A DNA stretch of 37,112 nt from Chloroflexales bacterium (GCA_013336035.1 JAAXUL010000001.1:1-37112); one strand, 5' to 3'; positions 22,346-31,091 are shown, counted from the stretch's first letter. Notes: generated by a model from the letters alone, not told the origin. Program-made: numbers and translations.

Positions 22346-23311
22346 TTACCCAAAGTAGCCGCCGACCATAAAGGCTGATGCGATCTGGATTAGCAGCGCG
22401 AACGGGTTGCTCGCGACCAGGTAGCGGATGTAGTTCTTCTGTGATGGCTCTTTATAGAGCTGGATCTGACTATAGATCGGCACGATGATAGACAGACCGA
22501 TGAGCCCCCCTACCCAGTAGTATCCCCAGACCAGGGCCAGCACCATCAGCAGCGCCTGTGAGATGTTGATCGTCAGATAGGCGATGATCAGGGCCTTGTG
22601 CATACCATGGGCGACGGCGATCGACATCAGGCCGTGCTGGCGGTCGCCCTCAACGCTCTTGATATCGTTGAGGAACAGCATCCCCGAGGCCAGGCCACCA
22701 TGAAGGATGGCGACCACCAGACTCTGCCAGGTCAGCGGGGCGAAGAGCACGTGACCGGCGACCCAGCTCATACTTACATAGCCCAGGCCCACAGCGGGTG
22801 GGCCAAGCCAGTAGTTCTTCTTGAGCTTGATCGGCGGCATGCTGTAGATCACCGACAGGATCAGCCCCAGCACCGAAAGCACAAGGATCAGCGGGTTGTT
22901 AAGCAGCAGCGCGACCGACAGGGTGGCCGCGCCGAGCACCAGCCAGTTGAGCCGCGCCTCATTCAGGGTGATCAGACCTGCCGGGATCGGTCGCTCAGGG
23001 TCGTTAATCGCGTCAAGGTCGCGGTCGAAGTAGTCGTTGATGCTCTGGCTGAAGCCGGTCCCCAGCGGGCCCGTCATCAGCGCGACCAGGAGGATGCGGC
23101 TCCAGTCCTCGGGGTTGTCCCACTGAAAGCCAGTGACACGTCCAGAGGCGAGCCCTCCACAGATAGTGATCAGCGCAGGCGAGATCCAGGTAACCGGATC
23201 GGCAAGCTCAATGTGCGCCCGGATCTTCCTGCCCAGGGGTACATGCTTCCGCGCGTTAGACACCACTCGGGCGTCTTTGGTTCTGGATACAGGCTGTTGT
23301 TTGCTTGCCAT
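22346..23311 (-). CDS. bchK: Bacteriochlorophyll c synthase (UbiA-family polyprenyl/phytyl transferase, ChlG/BchG/BchK clade)
   Basis: About nine TM segments and the ChlG/BchG-type motif SINDYFDRDLDAIND. The position between bchU and csmM/csmN favours BchK over BchG. Confidence 0.8.
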   Translation of the reverse strand: MASKQQPVSRTKDARVVSNARKHVPLGRKIRAHIELADPVTWISPALITICGGLASGRVTGFQWDNPEDWSRILLVALMTGPLGTGFSQSINDYFDRDLDAINDPERPIPAGLITLNEARLNWLVLGAATLSVALLLNNPLILVLSVLGLILSVIYSMPPIKLKKNYWLGPPAVGLGYVSMSWVAGHVLFAPLTWQSLVVAILHGGLASGMLFLNDIKSVEGDRQHGLMSIAVAHGMHKALIIAYLTINISQALLMVLALVWGYYWVGGLIGLSIIVPIYSQIQLYKEPSQKNYIRYLVASNPFALLIQIASAFMVGGYFG

Positions 23312-23376
23312 TCTACCACGGTACGCAAGGTCTGCGGCACTCAGCCACGCTCCCTGGGTCCCGCCTCCTCGCCCTC

Positions 23377-24444
23377 CTAGGCCTTGACCGCCTGGTAGAG
23401 TACATGGTCGTACTGCTCGTGGAATGTCACGTCGGTGAAGCCGACCTCACGTAGCACATCCGGGTAGATCCCGTGGTCCTTGAACTCGAGCACGCCGAAA
23501 TCGAGCCCGATCCCGCACACATAGTGGGTCAGGTAGTCGTAATTCGGCTTGTTCGGGTCGCTGATGTTCATGTCGACGATGATGATGCGCCCGCCGGGCT
23601 CGAGGGCGTTATAGGCCTGCCGCAGCAGGATCGAGCAGAACTGGCGGTTCATCGGGTAGAGGATGCGCGAGAAGAGCACCGCGTCGCCTTTGGGGTACGG
23701 CTCGCGATACATATCGACCACGACCGGCGTGATGCGCTCGCCCAGGCCCTTCGCCGCCATGTTCTCGCGCACCAGATCCTGGGCCGAGGGCAGGTTGAGC
23801 AGAGTGACCTTCAGCTCGGGGTAGCGCTCGCACAGCGAGGCCGAGATATCGCCGATGCCGCCGCCTACGTCGATCAGGTGCTTCACGCCCTCGAGGTTGG
23901 CGTTCTCGCCGAGGAACTTTGTCAGGAAGTAGATGTTGCTGCGGTGGATCGTCTCGTAGAAGATGCTGTCATCGCGCGTCTTCGGCGGGAACGGGATCAT
24001 GCTCGTGAAGTTGATCTTGCCGCGGGTCATTTCGGCGAGATCGACATACATCGTCTTGATCAGGTCGACCATATAGTCGACAAAGGGCAGCATGGTCAGG
24101 TTGCGGTGCTGCTCGGGCGCTGTGAAGAACTGGATGGAGAATGGTGTGAGCGCCCAGGCCTCCTCAGCGCGCTGGGCCAGGCCGATTTGCTGCATCGTGA
24201 TTAGCAGCTTCTCGAGCCGACCAGGTACGGTGGCGGTAGCCTCGGCCAGATCGGCGAGCATGCGTGGGCCGGCCGCCAGCTCGTCGAAGAGCTTTAGGTC
24301 ATACGCAGCTTTGATCACGAAGAAGTCCACCGTGCCCTTGAAGACCATGTCGTAGGCCTTCTCGGTCGCACGGAACAGCTCCTGGTCATCGCCGATGGAG
24401 TGGGCGTCCGGCAAGGAGCTAGGCTGTGCCTGCGTGGTGCTCAT
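23377..24444 (-). CDS. bchU: Bacteriochlorophyllide C-20 O-methyltransferase-family protein (BchU; CrtF-like class I SAM methyltransferase)
   Basis: N-terminal dimerisation/winged-helix-like region and the SAM motif LIDVGGGIGDIS, with the overall plant-type OMT/CrtF/BchU layout. Adjacent to bchK. Confidence 0.75.
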   Translation of the reverse strand: MSTTQAQPSSLPDAHSIGDDQELFRATEKAYDMVFKGTVDFFVIKAAYDLKLFDELAAGPRMLADLAEATATVPGRLEKLLITMQQIGLAQRAEEAWALTPFSIQFFTAPEQHRNLTMLPFVDYMVDLIKTMYVDLAEMTRGKINFTSMIPFPPKTRDDSIFYETIHRSNIYFLTKFLGENANLEGVKHLIDVGGGIGDISASLCERYPELKVTLLNLPSAQDLVRENMAAKGLGERITPVVVDMYREPYPKGDAVLFSRILYPMNRQFCSILLRQAYNALEPGGRIIIVDMNISDPNKPNYDYLTHYVCGIGLDFGVLEFKDHGIYPDVLREVGFTDVTFHEQYDHVLYQAVKA

Positions 24445-24500
24445 AGCCTTTGATCTTTCTCTGGTCAGCTTGGCCGTCCGGCCGGGTGATCTGCTCTTGT

Positions 24501-24528
24501 ATTATAGTACAAAAATCTGTTAGTTCAA
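24501..24528 (-). promoter_or_regulatory. Candidate promoter (TTGAAC-N16-TATAAT) for bchU-bchK-csmM-csmN
   Basis: The reverse complement reads ttgaac-taacagatttttgtac-tataat, in an AT-rich gap about 55 nt upstream of ATG 24444. Confidence 0.5.
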
Positions 24529-24567
24529 ACAACAGCGGCCTATCCCGCCGCCCCGCGCTCCGACTGC

Positions 24568-25317
24568 CTACAGCGGGTGGCTGGTCTCGGGCTGCACACG
24601 ACGCGCGACAGGCGTCTTGAGCACCTGTGCTTCGTCGAAGCCGAACCAGAGCGGGATGACCTTGCGGGCGCCGTACCAGACGAATGGGGCGTTGTATGGT
24701 GCGTGGCGGGCGCCCTCTAGCACCAGGTTGTCCGCGCCCTCCAGGTAGCAGGCTTTGGTCGGTACGATCCCATCACCATTCTCGTGCCCATTGCCATACC
24801 CGGTATCGTATGATTTAAAGGCAAACATCTGCTCGGGGTTGCCGAGGCGGCGCCCGGCGACGCCGTGGCCCGCCACCGAGCGATAGGCGATATGGCGATA
24901 GTAGGCGCCCGGGTAGCGCTGATTGACCACGCTCGCGAAGCCCTTGACCCAGATCTCGTAGGTGGTGTGGGCGGTGCCCAGGGTCGTCAGAGACGCGACC
25001 ACGCTCTGGCCGTCGTAGAGCACACCGTTATAGGGGATATGGCCAAGGAAGGCCCGGGCGACGCGCCCGCCGGCGCTGTGGCCAATCAGATGTACGCGGT
25101 CGGATTTCGTCTCTTCCAACGCCAGCTCAACCGTCTGGGCGAGCACATCGAGCACCGGGTTAAAGTCAGGGTCTCGCACTGAGGCCCACATGGCGCGCCC
25201 AATATCGGTGATATAGACGATATGGTTATACGGCGGCGACGCCAGGATGCGGGCCATGCGCACATAGTCACCCGGCGACGAAAGCCAACCGCCAATAATC
25301 ACGATTGGACGACTCAT
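24568..25317 (-). CDS. Alpha/beta-fold hydrolase (lipase/esterase-like)
   Basis: PIVIIGGW start, GHSAGG nucleophile elbow, and later D and H candidates (GDGIVP, ARHAPYN). GGGAGG precedes ATG 25317. Confidence 0.75.
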   Translation of the reverse strand: MSRPIVIIGGWLSSPGDYVRMARILASPPYNHIVYITDIGRAMWASVRDPDFNPVLDVLAQTVELALEETKSDRVHLIGHSAGGRVARAFLGHIPYNGVLYDGQSVVASLTTLGTAHTTYEIWVKGFASVVNQRYPGAYYRHIAYRSVAGHGVAGRRLGNPEQMFAFKSYDTGYGNGHENGDGIVPTKACYLEGADNLVLEGARHAPYNAPFVWYGARKVIPLWFGFDEAQVLKTPVARRVQPETSHPL

Positions 25318-25335
25318 CGCGGCCTCCCTGGCTTA

Positions 25336-25364
25336 AGCGCGGAGGGGATACACCCCTCCGCGCT
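25336..25364 (-). terminator. Intercistronic GC-rich hairpin (12-bp perfect stem), followed by a second small cccc/gggg hairpin
   Basis: agcgcggagggg-ataca-cccctccgcgct, between the stop at 25388 and the next start at 25317. Confidence 0.4.
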
Positions 25365-25387
25365 GCCCCGTAAGGGGTTCGAGCCGG

Positions 25388-26533
25388 CTATTTCCTGCCT
25401 TTGTCCCGCTTATCCTTCGACTGATCACTGGCGCCCGAGGGGCGGGCCGGCGGCGTCGGCGGTGTCGGGGTGGAGCTCTTGGCGCCGGCCGTCGGCGCAG
25501 GCGGCGTCGGGGTCGGCGTCGGGGCGCTGGCCGGCGGCGTCGGGGTTGGCGTACTCGCCGGCGCCGCGCTGCCCAGGGCGGCCACATCGGCCTTCAGCCC
25601 CTCGGCGGCCTTGCGCGAGGCCTCGGCGACATCCTTAGCGACAGGGGCCGTCTCCTTAGCCATGCGCGCCGCAAACTCGGGCGAGGTGTCCTTGCCCCCG
25701 GGCGGGACCGCGGCATCATCGGCGGTGACAGTCGGGCTGAAGACGGCGGTCGGCGCGGGCGGCGGAGGCGGCGTGGCGCGCTTCGTGCCGCCGTTGCCCT
25801 CGCCATTGCCGGCCTGGGACACCTTGATCCGTCGCGGCTGGGTTCCGGTGGTAACCTCTTCGCCAACAGGCGGCAGCCAGCCGGCCACGGCGTCGAGGGT
25901 CTCGCGGCCCATCTGGAAGAGGTCTTCCGTCTCGAAGCGGATCCAGTAGGTGTAGAAGTTCCAGACATCGGTCGCAGTCGCGCGAAGCTCGCGGCTGAAC
26001 TGCTCGATGCCCTGGGGCGGCAGGGCGCCGCGGGCAAACGAGCGCACCGCGTAGCCGACCGGCTGCACGAACCCATTTGCGGCCGCCTGGCTGATCGGGC
26101 CGGGGCCGTTCGCGCCGGGGCCGTTCGCGCCGGGGCCGTTCGAGGCTACCACGCGCGACGCGAGCGGGGGAGGCCCCGCCGGTCGCTGGCCGCTCTCATC
26201 GTGCGGCGAGGCTGCCGAAGATGGCGCGCTCGAGAACGAGCTGAAGCGCCTGACGCTCTCCTCGGCCGAATCGGTGCCGGGGTAGCTGGCCGCAAAGCGC
26301 GCGGTGCCGGTCTCAGCGGGCTGCGGGGCCCGGCCATAGGCCGACGGCGGCAGCGCCGGCGGGGTGTACGTGGACGACGAAGGCTTGGCGGGCGCGTAGC
26401 TGTACGACTGACGCGCGGGCTGCTCGTCCCTGTAGTCGCTGCTGCTGGGCTCGTAGTTGGGTAACTCGTCATCAAGGTTTAGGAACTTGCGCAGCCAGCC
26501 AGGCATCCAGCCGTACGAACTTGCACTGGACAT
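25388..26533 (-). CDS. Pro/Ala/Ser-rich low-complexity protein with one short ordered segment, unknown function
   Basis: Codon-consistent 381-aa ORF. Ordered island FSRELRATATDVWNFYTYWIRFETEDLFQMGRETLDAVAGWLP, a (GPGAN)3 repeat, PTPTPTPP tracts and a basic KDKRDKGRK tail. Confidence 0.6.
   Translation of the reverse strand: MSSASSYGWMPGWLRKFLNLDDELPNYEPSSSDYRDEQPARQSYSYAPAKPSSSTYTPPALPPSAYGRAPQPAETGTARFAASYPGTDSAEESVRRFSSFSSAPSSAASPHDESGQRPAGPPPLASRVVASNGPGANGPGANGPGPISQAAANGFVQPVGYAVRSFARGALPPQGIEQFSRELRATATDVWNFYTYWIRFETEDLFQMGRETLDAVAGWLPPVGEEVTTGTQPRRIKVSQAGNGEGNGGTKRATPPPPPAPTAVFSPTVTADDAAVPPGGKDTSPEFAARMAKETAPVAKDVAEASRKAAEGLKADVAALGSAAPASTPTPTPPASAPTPTPTPPAPTAGAKSSTPTPPTPPARPSGASDQSKDKRDKGRK
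26100..26144 (-). repeat. 3 x 15-bp tandem repeat (ccggggccgttcgcg) encoding (GPGAN)n
   Basis: Read directly: units at 26100-26114, 26115-26129 and 26130-26144 (the last has one substitution). Confidence 0.85.
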
Positions 26534-26590
26534 AAGGGTGTCCTCTCATTCCATGGGCGCGGGTCACCGCGCAAGTCCAGACAAAACCTG

Positions 26591-27475
26591 TTACCCCAAT
26601 GCGAGAAAGCGACGTTTCTGACGGGCGTGCGGCGCGAAGCAAAAGTCGATAATCTGGCCAAGATCATCATTCGGGTAGCGCCGGTCAAGGGCGACCACCG
26701 AGTCAAGCACATGGGCGATCTGGTCAGGCGAAATCTGCGGGTCGCAGCGGACTACATTCCCGATCAGCTGGCGGCGCAGCTCGAGGCTGTAGCGCAGACT
26801 GGTCACAGCGAGCTTACTCAGCAGGGCATCACGCAGGTCAAGGTTGTCGGTAAAGCGTTTGAGCCAGCGCTCGAGGCCGAGCCGCCCGCTCTTATCGAGG
26901 TAGAAGTTGACTAGGTCGGCCAGGGCCGCGTCATTGGTCAGATCCATCAGCTCATTCCAGCGCTTGCCAAAGGGCTGATTGCCGAAGGTGGGCAGCTCGG
27001 AAAGCTGAGAGATCAGATGGCTGGCGGTATGGTAGGGCTCGCGCTCGAAGGTGCGCACCAGGCCCGCCTCGCGCTCGGCGAGCAGCGAGACAGCCTCGCG
27101 CAGCACCCCGTCGGAGTGGTCATAGCCGCCGCGGCGCAGATGCATCTCGTGGGCCAGCTCGTGGAGCGCGATGCCGACGGTGCTATCCTCATCCCAGCGG
27201 CCGAGGCTCACGAATGAGCCGCTGCGCGGCGAGAAGCTGCCGCTGTCGGACCACGGCCCGCTGGAACGCCCGCCGTCGAGCGCCTCGAAGGTGAGACGCT
27301 CGCCCAGGATCTCGGGCCCTATCTCGCTGCCCCACATCTGGGAGGCATAGCGGCGCACTTTGCGGGCCATCTGTGCCGGCTTATAGCGGTGCTCGCCGAC
27401 CACGAGTACCTGATCGCCGGCGTTCTCCATAATGATCGCCGCTTGCTGGCCGTTTGCGCGTAGGAGCAGCTGCAT
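26591..27475 (-). CDS. Hypothetical protein with an HExxH zinc-metallopeptidase-like motif
   Basis: ALHELAHEMH (the HELAH codons lie at 27149-27163), with downstream E/D candidates (REAVSLLAEREAG). No signal peptide or TM segment is evident. Confidence 0.55.
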   Translation of the reverse strand: MQLLLRANGQQAAIIMENAGDQVLVVGEHRYKPAQMARKVRRYASQMWGSEIGPEILGERLTFEALDGGRSSGPWSDSGSFSPRSGSFVSLGRWDEDSTVGIALHELAHEMHLRRGGYDHSDGVLREAVSLLAEREAGLVRTFEREPYHTASHLISQLSELPTFGNQPFGKRWNELMDLTNDAALADLVNFYLDKSGRLGLERWLKRFTDNLDLRDALLSKLAVTSLRYSLELRRQLIGNVVRCDPQISPDQIAHVLDSVVALDRRYPNDDLGQIIDFCFAPHARQKRRFLALG

Positions 27476-27571
27476 AACGTTTGCCTCACCTGGCTGCGTA
27501 TCGGGCCGTCCTTGGTCGGCCAGCGATCACGCATACTACATACCACGGGCCGGTCCGCTAATTGGTCACCG

Positions 27572-28576
27572 CTAGCGAACACCGCGAAGGAAGAGACGCA
27601 AGATCTGCACCACCTGATCGGGCAGCTCGAAGAGGATGAGATGTCCGCAGCGCGGCACCTCGAGGTACTGCCCGTGGGGGGCGAGCTGCATCAGCTTTCG
27701 CCCGTCCTGGGGTCGCATAATCGGGTCGCCCGCCCCTGCCACCAGCAGAGTGGGCTGCTGCACGCGCCGCATCTGCTCGGGCAGATCATCGAGCACGTCG
27801 CGCCGGGCCAGCTCCTCGGCCGAGACGCGGATGGCCTGGGGGTCGCAGCAGCGCAGGCTCAGGGTCGCCAGCTTGATGTCGCTGACCGTGGCGGGGTTCT
27901 TCGACAGCACCAGCCGGGCGTAGACATACGGGATCCACCAGAGGCCCCGCTTCTCGATTGGCCGGAGCATCTTATTAAAGACGAAGTCCAGCGTGGCCGG
28001 CGTCATCGCCGCGGCTACCCGGTTGTAGGTGAGCAGGCTGAAGTTGAAGAAGACCAGCGAGCGCACCCGCTCGGGGTTGTGCGCCGCGTAGTGCAGCGCG
28101 ACGAAGGCGCCCAGCGAGAAGGCCGCCACATGGTGCGCCGATAGCTGCAAGACATTGCCCAGCTCCCTCAGGTCGTCGCTGAAGTCGGCTATCCGGTAGC
28201 CCTGGTCCGGGTCGCTGTTCGAGAAGCCGTGGCCCCGCAGATCGTACAGGATCACGCGGTAGCCCGCGGCGACCATCGGATCGATGATATAGTGCCACCA
28301 GTACGATGAGCAGTCCCAGCCGTGCACAAGCACAAGGGGCTCGCCGTCGCGCGGCCCGTAGTCCATATAGTGGTGGACGACCCCATTCAGCTTGACGAAG
28401 CGGGCCTGCTCAAGCAAACCCTGCTCGTCAGTGAGCCGCTTGCGCTCGGCGGCGCTGAGCTGTCCGGCGAGCTGCGCCTCAACCTCGGCGCGGTAGGTCT
28501 GATACTTCTCGGATGTAGCCTGAGCGCCGAGGGTTGGGCGTTCAGCCTCAGCTGTGTTCGACACTGAACTGATCAT
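27572..28576 (-). CDS. Alpha/beta-fold hydrolase
   Basis: LVLVHGWDCSS oxyanion region, nucleophile-elbow-like AFSLGA, and a C-terminal CGHLILFE His region. ATG 28576 has GGAGG 6 nt upstream (the track start is GTG 28591). Confidence 0.8.
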   Translation of the reverse strand: MISSVSNTAEAERPTLGAQATSEKYQTYRAEVEAQLAGQLSAAERKRLTDEQGLLEQARFVKLNGVVHHYMDYGPRDGEPLVLVHGWDCSSYWWHYIIDPMVAAGYRVILYDLRGHGFSNSDPDQGYRIADFSDDLRELGNVLQLSAHHVAAFSLGAFVALHYAAHNPERVRSLVFFNFSLLTYNRVAAAMTPATLDFVFNKMLRPIEKRGLWWIPYVYARLVLSKNPATVSDIKLATLSLRCCDPQAIRVSAEELARRDVLDDLPEQMRRVQQPTLLVAGAGDPIMRPQDGRKLMQLAPHGQYLEVPRCGHLILFELPDQVVQILRLFLRGVR

Positions 28577-28642
28577 TGCTGGCCTCCACACCGCACCCAG
28601 AGTCTGGCCCGTGTCCTGTTCGCCATGGTATGAACTCGACTG

Positions 28643-29752
28643 CTACTCAACCCAGAGCCGAAGCACCTCGTCGGGATCAACCTTGGCCCGCAGGCGCCCC
28701 CCGGTGGTGATGCCGGGGAGAAGCACATGGCGGCGTAGCGCGCCGAGGCGCACGAGCACCTCTTCATTCGCCAGGGCGATATCGAGCTCTTTCGGATCGA
28801 GGAAGGGAATATAGAGCTTGACCTCGCGCTCGTGGGCGGAGGTGCGGGCCGATTTGGCTGCGTCGAAGACTTCGCCGTCGAGATAGAGGGACGCGCCGCG
28901 CAGGGCCCAGGTATCACGGATGGCGGGGGTCTGGGTCAGCTTGCTGACCCGCAGGCCTGGACGGGCCTTGCTTGTCTGGTACGAGAACTCTAGCCGGTGC
29001 GCGTCATCGACCTCGGCGGGCTCGCCGGAGACGATTATCTCGTCGCAGGCCATGCTATAGAGGCCAAGGGCGGTCAGGGTAGAGCGCGGCGCGGGCATGT
29101 GCAGCTCTTCGGGGGTGACGACGAGTCGCACGCGGGTGCCGGTGTCGGCGTTGATGCTGCTGCGCTGCACCTCGAGGTAGACGCGCAGATCCTGGAGCGG
29201 GGCCTGGGCCGACGATGTGATGAGCGCCGCGGGGAAGATCGCGGCCTCTTGCGAGCTGCGCGACTGGCCGGGCCCGCGGTCGAGCCCAAAGATCTGGCGG
29301 GTCAGCCAGCGCAGCGCATCGGGCAGCGAGAGCGCCCGGGTCAGGCTATCGGGCATTGGACCATCGACGACCATCAGGTCGAAGCGGTTCATCCGACGGG
29401 CCTTATCGGCCACAAGGATGGCGCCGATCGCATCGATCCCAGGGAAGGTGGGCAGCTCTTCGGGGCCGATCTCGCGCAGGCGCGAGGTCATAGCGCCGCG
29501 CAGATTTCCGCGCGTGACGTCCCAGAGCGCGCCGAGCTCCTCGAGGGGGCTCACCTCCATGGCCGCCAGGTTGGGCTCGAGCTCGAGGGGACGCGAGCTC
29601 AGGCTCTGGCCAAGCATTGCACCCGTCAGGTGGGCCGGTCCGGCAGAGGCGAGCAGCACACGCTTACCGCGCCGTGCGGCGTGGCAGGCTGTCGCCACGG
29701 CCGCCGAACTCTGGAGGATCTGGTTGTAACCCGAGAAGATCAGGATTTGCAT
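28643..29752 (-). CDS. ArsA/Get3-family protein with degenerate nucleotide-binding motifs and an HSP20-like C-terminal domain (probable pseudo-ATPase)
   Basis: Collinear with the two neighbouring ArsA-like proteins. However, the P-loop is SGYNQILQS instead of GKGGxGKT, and switch II is DGPMPDSLTRAL instead of D(T/C)APTGxTLRLL. The C-terminus VKLYIPFLDPKELDIALANEEVLVRLGALRRHVLLP matches the paralogs' HSP20-like tail. Confidence 0.7.
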   Translation of the reverse strand: MQILIFSGYNQILQSSAAVATACHAARRGKRVLLASAGPAHLTGAMLGQSLSSRPLELEPNLAAMEVSPLEELGALWDVTRGNLRGAMTSRLREIGPEELPTFPGIDAIGAILVADKARRMNRFDLMVVDGPMPDSLTRALSLPDALRWLTRQIFGLDRGPGQSRSSQEAAIFPAALITSSAQAPLQDLRVYLEVQRSSINADTGTRVRLVVTPEELHMPAPRSTLTALGLYSMACDEIIVSGEPAEVDDAHRLEFSYQTSKARPGLRVSKLTQTPAIRDTWALRGASLYLDGEVFDAAKSARTSAHEREVKLYIPFLDPKELDIALANEEVLVRLGALRRHVLLPGITTGGRLRAKVDPDEVLRLWVE

Positions 29753-29812
29753 TGTCAGTCCGTACGCCGTAGTCCGTTGAGCCTGATAGGGTGCGGACTA
29801 TGGAATTACGCC

Positions 29813-31045
29813 TCAGGCGGCCTCAACCCGCAACTCGTCCGGCTCATCGGCGGGCGCCGCGCCCGAGCCCTCGCGGAACTCTAGGCGCAGCACGCCGTCT
29901 TCATAGCGGTGGTTGCCCATCACACAGTCGTAGAGGATGCGCGGCAGGGCGATCGTGCGCTGGATACGACCCAGGGAGATCCCCAGATCTGGCCCGCTGC
30001 GCGACAGGTTGACTGTCTCGTCCTCTTCCATAAAGGGCAGCTTCATACACAGCTCGTACTGGCCGGGCTCGCCCTCTTCATTCCACTGCTCGAGCCAGAT
30101 CGGGCGCTCGTCGAAGAGCAGCGCGCCGGCGTCGGCCTCGCCGAAGGTCGCCCGCCCGATCGCCTCGAGGGCCGGGATGCCGATCGGCTCGCCCTCCTGA
30201 AGGACGGTGCGGAAGATCGGGGTCGGCGAGAAGCTGTCGTCGATCTCTTGCAGGTAGCCGCGCTGGAGGCTGACCCAGTAGTCGAAGTAGGGCCCCAGGT
30301 CAGAGCGGCGCGGCAGGATCTTATTGACCATCACCGCGTCGACCATCATCCCATAGAGGTTAAGGAAGGTGTAGGCGCGGCGCGTCTCGAGGAGCGGTAG
30401 CTTCTCGGGGTTAAGGACCAGGCGCAGCGAGATCTTGGGGCTGAGCAAGAAGTTTGCCAGCTGGTCCATGCGCTCGAGCAGGGTGCCGACCTCATCGAAG
30501 AAGCGGTCGTCGGGCAGATCGCGCTTGAAGGGCCGTGCAAAGTTCGCCAGGCCGCGGTAGACGCGGAAGAACTTCTTGCCCGCGTCGCCGCCGATGATCA
30601 TCTCGGGGTAGGCCAGCAGCCGCAGGGTGTTGCCGGTCGGCGCCGTATCGAGCACGATCGTATCCCAGCGACCGCTCTGGGCCTCGTCCATCACCCGCTG
30701 GAGCGCCAGGATCTCATCGAGCCCGGGCTGGTTCGCCAGTTCGGCCGCGGTCGAGCGGTCGACCCCGCGGTTAGAGTAGGTCGAGGCGACAAACTGCTGG
30801 AAGCCGCCAAGATTATGGCGCCACTCGTGGATCGTATCAACCTCGAGGCCATACAGTCCGGGCACGATGGCGGTGGGCCGGTCACGGCTAATCGGCATGC
30901 CGATCGCATCGGCCAGCGAGTGAGCCGGGTCGCTGGAGAGCACCAGGGTACGTTGACCAGAGCGGGCCAGCAGGGTCGCTGTCGCCGCCGAGATAGTGGT
31001 CTTGCCGGTGCCGCCTTTGCCCGAATAGATAATGACACGCGTCAT
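29813..31045 (-). CDS. ArsA/Get3-family ATPase with an HSP20-like C-terminal domain
   Basis: P-loop GKGGTGKTT, SSDPAHSLAD, and switch II DTAPTGNTLRLL. C-terminal YELCMKLPFMEEDETVNLSRSGPDLGISLGRIQRTIALP. Confidence 0.85.
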   Translation of the reverse strand: MTRVIIYSGKGGTGKTTISAATATLLARSGQRTLVLSSDPAHSLADAIGMPISRDRPTAIVPGLYGLEVDTIHEWRHNLGGFQQFVASTYSNRGVDRSTAAELANQPGLDEILALQRVMDEAQSGRWDTIVLDTAPTGNTLRLLAYPEMIIGGDAGKKFFRVYRGLANFARPFKRDLPDDRFFDEVGTLLERMDQLANFLLSPKISLRLVLNPEKLPLLETRRAYTFLNLYGMMVDAVMVNKILPRRSDLGPYFDYWVSLQRGYLQEIDDSFSPTPIFRTVLQEGEPIGIPALEAIGRATFGEADAGALLFDERPIWLEQWNEEGEPGQYELCMKLPFMEEDETVNLSRSGPDLGISLGRIQRTIALPRILYDCVMGNHRYEDGVLRLEFREGSGAAPADEPDELRVEAA

Positions 31046-31091
31046 GTCGATGTACGATCGGGATGTGCGATTGAGCGCTGCCCGTCCGGCT

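Noticed and set aside
22346-23311. Calling the UbiA-family gene bchG (BChl a synthase) or a menaquinone/ubiquinone prenyltransferase
   Set aside because: The motif NDYFDRDLDAIN and the size fit the ChlG/BchG/BchK clade. Placement between bchU and csmM/csmN matches the BChl c synthase context I recall. Only phylogeny can settle BchG versus BchK, so confidence is below 1.
25388-25620. Short periodic PTPTP/GCC-rich DNA and the 15-bp repeats at 26100-26144 as a possible CRISPR or minisatellite locus
   Set aside because: The repeats are 6-15 bp, contiguous without spacers, in frame within an ORF, and encode Pro/Thr or GPGAN tracts. There is no repeat-spacer architecture and no cas genes.
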